Shown in pieces: positions 1-9,875 of a stretch of DNA of 64,000 bases. This stretch comes from an uncultured Chloroflexia bacterium (GTDB taxonomy: Bacteria > Chloroflexota > Limnocylindria > QHBO01). Position 1 is the stretch's first letter. Each line of letters begins with the position of its first letter. The notes beneath the pieces were generated by a model, which was given only the letters and a program-made list of their open reading frames with translations, made no database searches and had not been told where the DNA came from. The stretch lies in assembly GCA_963806695.1 (NCBI GenBank), contig CAWDYT010000001.1:12026-76025 (forward strand). Reading direction: 5' to 3'. A program made the translations under genes and the position numbers.

Positions 1-160
1 CGGTCATGCGTCGTTCTTCGGCGGCGTTCAGCGCCGTGGACGTATCCGGGTGGACCTTGCGCGCAAGCACCCGGTAGGCGGCGCGGATGACGTCCGGGTC
101 GGCGTCGGGTTGGACCTGCAGGATCCGATACGGGTCGCGCCGCTCCATCGGTCCGGTGTC

Positions 161-1808
161 CTACACCAGCGCCTGCTCCACGACCTGGCGCAGCACGGGC
201 AGCGGCAGCGCGCCGGCCTCGAGCACGACGTCGTGGAAGCGGCGGATGTCGAACCGATCCCCCTGGCGCGCCTGGGCTTCCGCTCGCAACCGCAGGAGCT
301 CGAGCTGGCCGAGCTTGTACGCCAGCGCCTGGCCGGGCCAGGCGATGTATCGGTCCACCTCGTTGGCGATGTTGTTCTCGCCGAGCGCCGTGTGGACGGT
401 CATGAAGTCGATCGCCTGCTGTCGCGTCCAGCCGAGGACGTGGATGCCGGTGTCGACGACGAGGCGAGACGCGCGCCACGCATCGACCGAGAGGATGCCG
501 AAGCGGTCCAGCTCGCCCGGACAGGAGTCCCATCTCCTCCGACAGGCGCTCGGTGTACAGCCCCCAGCCCTCGATGTAGGCGGTGGTGCCGTTGAAGCGG
601 CGGAAGGCCGGCAGATCGGTCAGCTCCTGCATGATCGCCATCTGGAGGTGGTGGCCGGGGACCGACTCGTGGAAGGCCAGCGTCTCCGCCTCGTACCGCG
701 GTCGCGTCTCGGGCGCGGAGGTGTTGACGAAGTGCTGGCCCGGCCGCGAGCCATCGGCTGCCGGGTCGCGGTAGTAGGCGATCGTCGAGTGCTTCTCCTC
801 GTGCTCCGGCATGCGGACGACCTCGCACGGTGCCTTCGGAAGCCGGCCGAACCACTGTGGAACGGCCGCATTGGCGCGCTCCAGCGATGCGACCGCGGTG
901 TCGAAGATCTCGTCGCGGGTCGCGAAGTGCAGGTCCGGGTCGGAGCGCAGGGCGTGCAGCGTGGCCGCAAGCCCGTCGGTCCCGAGCAGTCGCGCGCCGA
1001 GCTCGACGAACTCTCGATCGATCCGCTCGATCTCGGCGAGCCCGATCTGGTGGATCTCCTCGGGCGGCGTGTCGAGCGACGTGTGGGCCCGGGCGAGTCG
1101 CCGGTACGCATCGGCGCCGCCGGGCAGGTGCATCAGCCCCGGACGGTCGTCCGAGCGGGCAGCTGGCGCGACCTCGTCCGCCAGCAGGCGGCGGAAGCGC
1201 TCGTACGCCGGTCGGATGCCGTCGCCGATGGTGGCCAGCAGGTCGTCCCGCAGCGCCGGCAGATCCTCGGCGGGCTCCGCCAGCGGCCACTCCGCGTCCG
1301 GCCGTGCCAGCAGGTCGTCGATGCCTTCGATGGACTTGGTGACGAGCGCATCGACGGCCACCCGCCCATCGGCGAGGCCACGGCGCAGGTTCTCGCCGGC
1401 CTGGTCGAGGAAAGCCGGCATGGCCCGCCAGCGCCGGAGGAGCACGGCGGCTTCCTCATCGGTCCGGGCACGGTGGTATGCCGGGATGCTGAGCAGGTGG
1501 ACCTGCGGTCCCTCCATCGGGTCGACGCTGAAGGCTGGCAGGTCGGCTTCGAGCACCGCTCGGTCCGTGCGCAGCGCCTCTCCCAGGGCGGCGCGCGTCA
1601 CCGGATCCGCATCCGGGCCGATCTCGGCCAGCCGCGCCTCGAACCGGTCCAGGGCGGCGCGCCACGCGTCGATGGCGGCGGGGGATTCGTCTTCGAGCGC
1701 GTGGTCGAAGCGGTGGTCGCCGATGGCGGTCGCGAAGGAAGGGTTGCGCTCGAGGAAGGCGTCCCAGTAGTCGGCGGCAAGCCGATCCAGCTGCTCGGAT
1801 GTGGTCAC
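161..1808 (-). CDS. DUF885 family protein (putative metallopeptidase-like); reading frame broken once near 519-521
   Basis: Hand translation of the minus strand from a GTG at 1808 gives [23 protein letters not shown]... then [52 protein letters not shown]. The C-terminus sits in another frame (ORF 161..403: ...[18 protein letters not shown]...). The two frames join at an extra G in a GGG run. Confidence 0.75.
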
Positions 1809-1846
1809 GCGGTCATGCTAGCCGCGGACCGGCCATCCACGCCCGA

Positions 1847-2038
1847 TCAGCGCGGCATCTGGGTGATGTGCGGCGCGGGGCCCTCGGCGCGGTCCTTGTC
1901 CTCCCCGGGCTCCTCGCCCTGCGGGATGGCGGCATCGCCGACCTCGCCGAGCGTTGCCTCGTCGTCGGTGATCGGGTTCGGCAGGTCCTGGGCGTCCTCG
2001 ATCTGCTCGACGCTGTCCCGGGTGCGATCGGTGTCCAT
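1847..2038 (-). CDS. small acidic hypothetical protein (63 aa, predicted disordered)
   Basis: ORF 1847..2038. A canonical Shine-Dalgarno AAGGAGGTGA sits 4 nt upstream of the ATG (read on the minus strand at 2042-2051). It lies 38 bp upstream of the DUF885 gene on the same strand. Confidence 0.55.
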   Translation of the reverse strand: MDTDRTRDSVEQIEDAQDLPNPITDDEATLGEVGDAAIPQGEEPGEDKDRAEGPAPHITQMPR

Positions 2039-2169
2039 CGGTTCACCTCCTTGCGCCGAATCCGATGCAAGTGCCGGGCCGACGGGCCTATCCTCCCGCC
2101 GATGCAGCCCGCCCAGCCCGCTTCCGCGCTACGCCTCCGGCGCCGAAGCAGCCCGATCCGAACCGGCTG

Positions 2170-2271
2170 ATGCGCACCTGCGCGAACTGCGGTTCCGAGA
2201 TGGAGGAGCGCAAGTGCAAGCTGATCTGCCGAGGTTGTGGCTACTTCCTGAGCTGCTCGGACTACTACTGA
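2170..2271 (+). CDS. small zinc-ribbon protein (33 aa, CxxC...CxxC)
   Basis: MRTCANCGSEMEERKCKLICRGCGYFLSCSDYY. It has four Cys residues in two CxxC pairs. The longer 2065 start adds only a Pro/Ala/Arg low-complexity N-extension, so the internal ATG at 2170 is preferred. Confidence 0.45.
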   Translation: MRTCANCGSEMEERKCKLICRGCGYFLSCSDYY

Positions 2272-2289
2272 GCGCGAGCGTCCCTCCGG

Positions 2290-3012
2290 CGGGCCGTACT
2301 GCGTCGAGCCGATGAACTCGATGCGTGGCCAGGCATGCCGAGGTCGAGGAATCGCCTTGTTCAGCTCGTAGTCGCCGCCCATGTCGCCGCGCAGGTCCGC
2401 GTGACGACGCAGGATTCGGGCCGCCTCCTCGAGCCGTGTCGGACCGAGCTGGATCAGCGTACCGGTACGCATGTCCGTCGTCCCACTTCGGCTGCGGCGT
2501 CGCCGTATCTGGCAGAGCTCGACCTCGCCCGCTCTGGCCTCGCGATACGACGATCGGGTCCTCGGAAGAGCCGGAGTCACCGGGCGTCCACTCGATGGTG
2601 ATCGCGATCTCATCGGGGACCTCGCCGGAGCCGTCGACCTCGTAGGTCGTCGGTGAGAACCAGCTGCACGGCGCGATGTCGCGGAACTCGGTGTTCGTGT
2701 ACCAGTCGTCGGGGTAGACGAGCTGGTAGCCGTCGCGCCGGTTCTCGCAGTCGTCGCGCTCCACGAAGAGCGCATCGGCCTCGGCGTTCGCGGCCGGCTC
2801 GAACCCGCCGTCCGATGCCGCGGACGGCGAGGGGCTCGGTTCGGTGCTCGGCGTGGGCTCCACGGTCGGTTCCTGGGTGGGATCGGCGGTGGACGGAGCG
2901 CGAGCCTCGCTCGGCGCGACGGGCTGGGCGACGGCGTCGGGCATCGGTCGCGGCGGTGAGCAGCACGCGGCGAGCGCCACGATCAGGCGAGGAGCGAGAT
3001 CAGGCGAGTCAT
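2290..3012 (-). pseudogene. putative lipoprotein (signal peptide with LAAC lipobox, Pro/Thr/Ser-rich linker); at least 2 frameshifts, C-terminal end uncertain
   Basis: The ATG at 3012 gives MTRLISLLA, then a TGA. A 1-nt correction restores MTRLISLLALIVALAACCSPPRPMPDAVAQ...FVERDDCENRRDGYQLVYPDDWYTNTEFRDIAPCSWFSPTTYEVDGSGEVPDEIAITIEWTPGDSGSSEDPIVVS, after which the frame changes again. Confidence 0.4.
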
Positions 3013-3053
3013 CGGGCCGAACGGGTACGACGGGACCGCCGGACGATTCGGAA

Positions 3054-5063
3054 CTAGTACGTTTCGCGCGATCCTCTCGGTGGCGTCGAGCGCGTCCATG
3101 CCGCGGAGCCGCAGGAACTCCTCGTCGGTGGATCGCGGCCCAGGAAGCCGCGCACCAGGTCGTCACCGTCGAGCGTGCCGTTGGGCTCGAGCACGGCTCG
3201 CCGGTACGCCATCCCCACCTCGGACGAGGTGACGCCCTCGCGAGTGAAGCGGCCGAACATGTCGTCGCCGATGACGTCCGCCCACAGGTAGCCGTAGTAG
3301 CCGGCGTCGTAGCCCTCGATGATGTGCCCGAATCCGGCGAGCATGAACGTGCCCTCTGGGTAGGGCATGCCGGTGATGGCGAACGTGCGGCGCAGCGCTT
3401 CGTCGGGTCTGGGAACGGAGGGATCGGCGTGCAGCGCGAGGTCGACCTGGCCGTAGAACGCCTGGATCGCCACGTGCAGCCCGACGTCCACCCATCGAGT
3501 GCGCCGCATCTGCTCGAGCAGCTCGTCGGGGATCGGCTCACCGGTGGCGTGATGCCGGGCGAACCGCCGCAGCACCGATGGCTCCCAGGTCCAGTGCTCC
3601 ATGATCTGCGACGGAGCCTCGACGAAGTCCCACTCGGTCTCGGCGCCGGAGAAGCGCGGCGTACTCGGCGCGCGTCAGGCTCATGTGCAGGATGTGCCCG
3701 AACTCGTGGAAGAGGGTCTCCAGCTCCCGATGTCGGAGGAGCGCGGGCTGGCTGGCCGAGGGCGGCGTGAAGTTCGCGAGGATCGCGCTGACCGGTGTGA
3801 CGTAGATGCCGTCGGCTGCCCGATGGCCGACCACCAGCGGATAGGCCGCGGCGTGGGTGAACTTGCCCTCTCGAGGGTGCAGATCGGCGTAGAAGTGGGC
3901 GATCGAGCGGCCGGATGCGCGGTCGAGGATCTCGTACAGCCGGACCGACTCGTGCCAGGCATGCGGCATCGGGCACGTGTCGGTACGCGAGTCCGAACAC
4001 CTCGCCGGTGAGTTCGAACATGCCCTCGATGACCGGCTCCAGCGGCAGGTACTCGGCCGACGCGCTCCTGGTCGAGCCCGTACTCGCTCCCGCCGCAGCT
4101 GTCTCGTCGTAGTAGCGCCAGTCCCACAAGGTGATCGGGCCGTCGTGGCCATCCGCCCGCATCCGTTGCCCCAGCACGTCGAGCTCACCGGCCACGGTGC
4201 CCTCGAGCGAGGGCAGGAGCTGCGTCGTAGAAGGCGCGCACGCGGGCAGGGGTGCGCGCCATCCTGACCTCGATGGCGTGATCGGCCCACGTCGGTTCGC
4301 CCAGCAGCGCCGCCATCCGCCGACGCAGGTCGAGCGCCTCCTCGAGCAGCGGCCGATTCGAGGTCGACCGCCTTGCGCCAGTCCTTGATCAGCAGCTCCC
4401 GCCGCAGCTCACGGTCGCTGCGCCTGCTGCATGAACGGGTTGAGCTCCGGGTAGTCGAGGCTGACCCGATACGTGCCCTCGCGCGAACCGGGCTTCAGGC
4501 GCTCGACGTACGCGTCCGACAGGCCTGCCAGCTGCTCGCGCGTGACGTCGATGCCGTCGCGGAAGTCGTTCAGATTGCGCTGGAAGGCCACCTGCACCTC
4601 GACCAGTCGGGTGCGCAGCCGCTCGAGCTCGGCCCGGTCGTCGTCGTCGAGCTCGTGACCCGCTCGACGGAAGTCGCGCAGCCAGTGCGCCAGCAGCCGT
4701 GCCTCCTCGCCAGTGAGCGCCGTCCCCTCGTCGGTGTCGGCGAACGCGCGGACGACCTCGATACAGGTCGCGCCGAAAGACGAGGGCGACGCGCCACTTG
4801 TTGATCCGCTCCTCCGCCTCCGTTCCGGCTTGCCGAACGGCAGCATCCGGATGTGCCTGGCCCATGAACGCGCCGCGACCGTACGCTTCGACCAGCCGCG
4901 CCACCGCCAGGTCGAGCGGGACGAGGGTCGCTTCGAACGATGGAGCGTCGGCGCTGGTCACCGCCCCCGCCACGAGCGCCTCGGCGTCGGCGAGGGCCGC
5001 ATCGGTCTCGGTCGTGACCGATGCGGGCGTGACGGCGGTGTAGTCGTACAGCGGGTCAGCCAC
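3054..5063 (-). pseudogene. M3 family metallopeptidase (oligopeptidase A / Dcp-like), fragmented over at least 4 frames
   Basis: The pieces are VADPLYDYTAVTPASV... (N-term, GTG 5063), ...PITLWDWRYYDE..., ...HEFGHILH (the HExxH zinc site), ...AGYYGYLWA... and ...GFLGRD (C-term, ORF 3054..3602). The GTG start overlaps the upstream VOC stop (GTGGCTGA). Confidence 0.7.
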
Positions 5064-5457
5064 GGTACTCGCTGATCTCGAAGAGATGGCCGTCTGGGTC
5101 GCGGAAGAAGCAGCGCGTCTCCGAGCCTCGATCGATCGGCTCGCTGAGGAAGTAGGCGCCGCGCTCGCGGAGGGTTTCATAGGCGGACCGGCAGTCGCGG
5201 ACGCGGATCGTGAACAGGTGATCCAGCTTCGCGGGGTCGGGTGGCGGCGCGAGGGTCACGCCTGGCTTGTCCTCGGTGGGGCCTCCGCCGCTGACGAGCA
5301 GCAGCCAGGCGCCGTTGAACGACAGGACCGCCGAGTCGCCGCCGTACTCGCGGTAGAGCTCGGCGCCGAGGACGTCGGTGTACCAGCCGCGGGATCGGGG
5401 GACGTCGGAGACCACCAGGATGTGGGTCAGCGCCATGTCGGTGGTGGGGAACGTCAT
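5056..5457 (-). CDS. VOC family protein (glyoxalase/bleomycin-resistance fold)
   Basis: Intact 133-aa ORF with a VOC-like sequence. Its stop overlaps the start of the M3 peptidase. Confidence 0.8.
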   Translation of the reverse strand: MTFPTTDMALTHILVVSDVPRSRGWYTDVLGAELYREYGGDSAVLSFNGAWLLLVSGGGPTEDKPGVTLAPPPDPAKLDHLFTIRVRDCRSAYETLRERGAYFLSEPIDRGSETRCFFRDPDGHLFEISEYRG

Positions 5458-5487
5458 CGCCCGCCAACGATAGCCGCGACGCCGGGA

Positions 5488-5739
5488 TCAGGGGACGGAG
5501 ATCGCTCCCAATCGGCCGTTCGCAGCCGCCATGACGGACGTGATCGTCGCCACCGGCATTGCGTCCTGCGGCCCGCGCTCGGCGTAGAGGGCCCGCATGA
5601 AGCAGAAGGCGTCGAACAATCGCCGTTCCTCAGCGGTTGGTCGCCTGGGTCGGATGCTGCGACTCGTGGTCATACACGCAGCATCGTCCTCCGCCGATGT
5701 CCGGTCATCGGGCATGGGACCAGCGTCGGGATCGGTCAT
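5488..5739 (-). CDS. small hypothetical protein (about 83 aa; start uncertain)
   Basis: C-terminal part of ORF 5488..5829 (...EERRLFDAFCFMRALYAERGPQDAMPVATITSVMAAANG...). It is divergent from the His-rich gene and has no clear SD. Confidence 0.3.
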   Translation of the reverse strand: MTDPDAGPMPDDRTSAEDDAACMTTSRSIRPRRPTAEERRLFDAFCFMRALYAERGPQDAMPVATITSVMAAANGRLGAISVP

Positions 5740-5807
5740 TCGTCGCGCCTCAGGCGCGGCATCGGATGTGCATTCGAGAAGGGGAACCCACCCGCGAGGA
5801 GCTTCAG

Positions 5808-6107
5808 ATGACCCACGAGACCACGACACCGACGCAGCAGACGACGGTCGGAGACCGTGCCGGCGAGCAGGAGCACGTGCACCCGGCCCAGGTCCACACC
5901 CACGACCACTACCACGTCACCCACCACCACACCGGTGGCGGGATCCTGGGAGGCGAGTTCGAGCATCGCTCGGCCTACCACCTCCACGAGCACAACCACG
6001 CTCCACTCGTCCACGGGCACGACCACGAACCGGCGGACGAGCGGATGGATCACGAGAAGGAAGCGCACGTCCACGACCACAACGACCCGGCCGGCGACGG
6101 ATCCTGA
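5808..6107 (+). CDS. histidine-rich protein (99 aa, about 24% His; putative metal-binding)
   Basis: MTHETTTPTQQ...HVHPAQVHTHDHYHVTHHHTGGGILGGEFEHRSAYHLHEHNHAPLVHGHDHEPADERMDHEKEAHVHDHNDPAGDGS. A GAGGAG SD sits 6 nt upstream of the ATG at 5808. Confidence 0.6.
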   Translation: MTHETTTPTQQTTVGDRAGEQEHVHPAQVHTHDHYHVTHHHTGGGILGGEFEHRSAYHLHEHNHAPLVHGHDHEPADERMDHEKEAHVHDHNDPAGDGS

Positions 6108-6135
6108 CTCCGGGCATCCGATCGGGGCATGCCAC

Positions 6136-6152
6136 CGGCCGCTGAGCGGCCG
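6136..6152 (+). terminator. GC-rich hairpin (7-bp stem CGGCCGC/GCGGCCG, 3-nt loop) after the His-rich gene; no U-tract
   Basis: Read directly from the sequence, 29 nt after the stop codon. Confidence 0.3.
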
Positions 6153-6247
6153 ATCCGCCGGTCGGCGTCTCCGCCGCCCATGCATACTTGACGGTGCGTG
6201 GCGAGCCCGCGAAGGGCTCGATGGCTGAGCGGAGGTGAGGGCAAACC

Positions 6248-6808
6248 ATGGCATGGGTCGACGATCGCGGTGCCGAAGGGCTCGGGGTCAATTGGAAGTG
6301 GCTGGTCGGGATCGGCGTCGTGCTGGCGATCCTGGGCCTCGTGGCGCTGTGGAACGCGGTCGACGCGACCCTGGTGACCACGGTGATCGTGGGCTGGGTG
6401 CTCGTGGCGGCGGGAGCAATGCAGCTCGTCGGAGCCTTCACCGGCGGCACGTCCACCGGGTGGCGGATTCTGCAGGGTGTCCTCGGGGTGCTCTACATCG
6501 TCGTCGGCTTCAACATCGTGTTCGACCCGCTGGCCGGCGCGCTCGCGCTGACCGTCGCGGTCGCCCTGATGCTGCTCATCGACGGCGTCATGCGCATCAT
6601 CTCCTCGGTCATGGACCGCGGCGACGGATGGGGCTGGTCGGTCGGGCTCGGGGTCATCAACATCCTGCTGGGCCTGTGGGTCTGGAGCAACTTCCCGCTC
6701 TCGGGCATCGCCATCGGGTTCTTCGTGGGGCTGCAGCTGCTGTTCATCGGGATGCTGTGGATCGTCACCGGCTTCGCCGGCCGGTCGGCCGAGCGGGCCG
6801 CGGTCTGA
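6248..6808 (+). CDS. HdeD family acid-resistance membrane protein (DUF308)
   Basis: Intact 186-aa multi-TM ORF with the DUF308 repeat pattern. A GGAGGTGAGG SD lies upstream. Confidence 0.8.
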   Translation: MAWVDDRGAEGLGVNWKWLVGIGVVLAILGLVALWNAVDATLVTTVIVGWVLVAAGAMQLVGAFTGGTSTGWRILQGVLGVLYIVVGFNIVFDPLAGALALTVAVALMLLIDGVMRIISSVMDRGDGWGWSVGLGVINILLGLWVWSNFPLSGIAIGFFVGLQLLFIGMLWIVTGFAGRSAERAAV

Positions 6809-6895
6809 CCGTTCGAGATGGGTGGCGCGGAAACCGATGAGTCCCGATCGACGCCGGGTCTACGCTTGTAGTCACAGCGGTCAGGAGAAACCCGG

Positions 6896-7270
6896 ATGAA
6901 CTTCAACAGCATCCTCATCGGCAGCGAGGATCCCAAGCGCCTCACCGACTACTACGCGAAGCTGTTCGGGCCGCCGGCCATGGAGGACGGAGGCTACACC
7001 GGCTGGCAGGTGGGGAGCGGCTGGGTCACGATCGGCCCGCACGACGAGGTCAAGGGCCACAATCCGCAGCCGGGTCGGCTGATCTGGAACATCGAGACGG
7101 CGGACGTGCGCGCCGAGTTCGACCGGTTCGTTGCCGCCGGCGCAACCGTGGTTCGGGAGCCGTACGGCTTCGAGGGCGACGAGACCGGCGGTCTCATCGC
7201 CACGCTGTCCGACCCGGACGACAACTACTTCCAGCTCATGAGCCCGATGGGGCCGCCGTCCGAGAGCTGA
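6896..7270 (+). CDS. VOC family protein
   Basis: Intact 124-aa ORF preceded by an AGGAG SD. Confidence 0.8.
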   Translation: MNFNSILIGSEDPKRLTDYYAKLFGPPAMEDGGYTGWQVGSGWVTIGPHDEVKGHNPQPGRLIWNIETADVRAEFDRFVAAGATVVREPYGFEGDETGGLIATLSDPDDNYFQLMSPMGPPSES

Positions 7271-7283
7271 CCGGTCGGGTGCG

Positions 7284-8016
7284 TCATCCTGGTGGCGCCT
7301 CCAGGCAGAGAGCGACGGCTCCCATCGCGCGTTCGGGCACGCCGATCCGGGCCGACGCGTTGCGCCAGACAGTCGTTCGCTGGCCGCTGCCGCCTGACGC
7401 GTCCCAGACGACCACCGCCCCGAGCCGCAGGAAGCGGTCGTAAAACTGCCGCGTGCTCTCGAACCCGCGTCGCGCGAAGTACGGCTCTTCCTTGTTGTCG
7501 GCCCGAGAGCGGATGGCGCGAACGGCCGCACCGATGTCGACCGGGGACATTGGCGCGCCCTGTCCGACGATGAGGACGACGTTGGCCACCCCGGGCGGAA
7601 GCTGGCGCAGCTTCACGAGCAGCGTTTTAGCAACGCCTTCTCGATCCAGCGCGTGGCGCGGTCGGGTCACTTCCAGGTCGAAGGCGTGGTGGCCGCGGTA
7701 GGTCAGCGCGTAGTCCGGTCCGCCGCCAGTCGAGCCGCGGGGCTCGAAGGCCAGCTCGATGCGTCGATCCTCGAGCACCCACCGGGCAACCTCGAGCTCG
7801 GCGCGCACGTCCGCGCGAGCAGCCTCGTCGCCGGCGGTCCGCAGCTTCTTGCGGATCTTGTCGCGATGTGCGTCGGCGAAGGAGCGGAATCGTGACGACG
7901 ACGGCGAGCCAGGCGCCGAGCTCCTCGCTCAGGGGAGCGTCGTCAACGCCATCGAGCAGCTGATGGGCGAGGCGCTCGACGCCCGCCGGCCTCGTTGTCG
8001 ACCGGGTCATGCTCAC
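7284..8016 (-). CDS. hypothetical protein (about 243 aa); single frameshift near 7880
   Basis: The N-term MSMTRSTTRPAGVERLAHQLLDGVDDAPLSEELGAWLAVVVTIPL (ORF 7627..8016, with SD GAGGG) joins ...FADAHRDKIRKKLRTAGDEAARADVRAELEVARWVLEDRRIELAFEP... (ORF 7284..7808) after a 1-nt shift. Confidence 0.5.
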
Positions 8017-8037
8017 AGCGTAGCCCTCGGTCCGGCT

Positions 8038-8646
8038 TCAGTCGCCCCAGCGCATCCGGCCGATCAGCGGCAGGAAGCGACCGGTTCGCGACGCGTATGA
8101 CCGATAGGCGTCGCCGTGGGTGGCGATCAGGTGCGGCTCCTCCACCAGCCGGACCTGGATCTGGATACCGACGACGAAGCCGACGAGCATGGCCAGCGCC
8201 AGGAGATTGGGCACGAGCAGGGCGAGCCCGAGGGCGGTGGCCAGCGTGCAGGCCAGGATCGGGTTGCGGACGACGCGGAACGGCCCGTCGGTCACGAGCT
8301 CCGTGCGATCCCCGGGCGTGACGTCCGGTCGCCACGCGTCGCCCATCGCCGCCTGCGACACCAGCGTGCCGGCGATGCCCGCGATGGCAAGCACCAAGCC
8401 GGCGACGTGCACGATCTGGTGATCGAGGGCCTGGATGGGATCCATGCCGAGCAGGTCGGCGATCGGTGCGGCGAAGGCGAGCAGGAGGCCCAGGCCGGAT
8501 GCAAGCCGAGCCCACATCTGCGGTGAGCCGCGACTCGCTCGCGGGGGCATCGGGACGGCGCCAGTCCTGCGGCCGTGGAGATACCCGCGGGCGCCAACCA
8601 CCAGCACGAGCCACGCAACCAGGATCACGAGCGCCAGCACCGGCAT
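8038..8646 (-). CDS. isoprenylcysteine carboxyl methyltransferase (ICMT/PEMT) family membrane protein
   Basis: ...RTELVTDGPFRVVRNPILACTLATALG...EEPHLIATHGDAYRSYASRTGRFLP. Start taken at the internal MPVLALVIL; the upstream part of ORF 8038..8763 looks non-coding. Confidence 0.7.
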   Translation of the reverse strand: MPVLALVILVAWLVLVVGARGYLHGRRTGAVPMPPRASRGSPQMWARLASGLGLLLAFAAPIADLLGMDPIQALDHQIVHVAGLVLAIAGIAGTLVSQAAMGDAWRPDVTPGDRTELVTDGPFRVVRNPILACTLATALGLALLVPNLLALAMLVGFVVGIQIQVRLVEEPHLIATHGDAYRSYASRTGRFLPLIGRMRWGD

Positions 8647-8713
8647 CGGTGGATAGCGTAGCCGGTGGCAGGACGGGTACGATCCCGGCGAGCGATCCAC
8701 GCGGGAGGAGCCG

Positions 8714-9223
8714 ATGACCGACACGCCCCCAGGCCCGGAACCGACCGTCGACCGCCCCGGCATTCCGCCGGAGTACGGGATGTCGAAGGCGACCGAGTTC
8801 CTGCCGTGGAGCCACGTCGAGGAACGACTGAACGGTGACCGCGTCTACTGGGTGGCCACCGTCGGGGCCAATGGTCGACCCCGCGTGCGGCCGATCGACG
8901 GCGTGTACCTCGACCGCGCGATCTGGGTCGGCGGCAGCCCCAAGGTGCGGTGGATCGGCGAGCTCGCCTCGAACCCGCAGGTGAGCGTCCATCTCGCGGA
9001 CATCGACGACGTGGTGATCCTCGACGGCGCGGCCGAGATCCTCGAGACGGTGGCCGACGACCTGGCGAAACGGCTGGCGGCGGCCTCGAACGCGAAGTTC
9101 CCGGAGTACGGCATGACCGCCGACTTCTACCGCTCGAACGGCGCGATCGCCATCCGGCTGCGCAAGGCGATCGCGTGGACGGACATCACGCGCAATCCGA
9201 CGCGCTTCCGCTTCGAGCGCTGA
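8714..9223 (+). CDS. pyridoxamine 5'-phosphate oxidase family (FMN-binding split-barrel) protein
   Basis: Intact 169-aa ORF with a GGGAGGAG SD. Confidence 0.8.
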   Translation: MTDTPPGPEPTVDRPGIPPEYGMSKATEFLPWSHVEERLNGDRVYWVATVGANGRPRVRPIDGVYLDRAIWVGGSPKVRWIGELASNPQVSVHLADIDDVVILDGAAEILETVADDLAKRLAAASNAKFPEYGMTADFYRSNGAIAIRLRKAIAWTDITRNPTRFRFER

Positions 9224-9229
9224 CTTCGC

Positions 9230-9875
9230 TCAGACGAGGCGGCGGTCGGCGGCCCAGCGGGTCAGCTCGTATCGGTTCGAGAGCTGGAGCTTGCGCAGCA
9301 CGGCCGACACGTGCGTCTCGACCGTCTTGACCGAGATGTGCAGCTCGTGCGCGACCTCCTTGTAGGTGTAGCCGCGCGCGATGTAGCGCAGCACCTCGCG
9401 CTCGCGCCGGCTGAGCAGGTCGAGCTCCGGGTCGAGCGGCTGGGGTGCCTCGCCGGCGAAGGCGTCGAGGACGAAGCCCGCCAGCCGGGGCGAGAAGACG
9501 GCGTCGCCGTCGTGGATCCGCTGCACGGCCGACGAGAGCTCCTCGGCCGAGATCGACTTCGTGACGTAGCCGCGCGCGCCCGCGCGGATGATGCCGATGA
9601 CGTCCTCGGCGGCATCGGACACGGACAGCGCCAGGAAGCGGACCTCGGGCCGCTCGGCGCGCACCGCCTCGATCACGGCTCGTGCCGCCGCCGCCGGCCA
9701 TGTGGACGTCGAGCAGCACGACGTCGGGCCGCCCGAGCTCGAGGATGGCCGGCACCGCCTCCTCGACCGATCCGGCGTCGCCGACGATCTCGAGCTCGCC
9801 ACCCCGCCAGCTCGGAGCGAACGCCGGATCGGAACAGCTCGTGGTCGTCGACCACGAAGACGCGCGTCTGGTCAT
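9230..9875 (-). pseudogene. NarL/LuxR-family response regulator of the PspC-type two-component system; 3 frameshifts as assembled
   Basis: ATG at 9875 with a GAGGAGG SD. MTR, RVFVVDDHELFRSGVRSELAG, ELEIVGDAGSVEEAVPAILELGRPDVVLLDVHMAGGGG and ...REREVLRYIARGYTYKEVAHELHISVKTVETHVSAVLRKL... fall in three frames, with the shifts in G runs. Confidence 0.75.

Noticed and set aside
2065-2169. Extended N-terminus of the zinc-ribbon ORF
   Set aside because: The extension is Pro/Ala/Arg low complexity with no SD. The internal ATG at 2170 gives a compact 33-aa ribbon.
87-2315. 742-aa plus-strand ORF and many similar long ORFs (for example 2129..4195 as one piece, 811..1770, 9673..10860, 15876..17015, 25982..27112, 27086..28327, 36219..37454, 59584..60864)
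   Set aside because: Their Arg/Ala/Pro/Ser-rich low-complexity translations are typical of off-frame or antisense reading in 70% GC DNA. Each overlaps a gene with clear family signatures on the other strand or in another frame.
5597-6145. 182-aa plus-strand ORF overlapping the His-rich gene
   Set aside because: It is the off-frame reading of the same DNA. Only the His-rich frame has an SD and a coherent composition.
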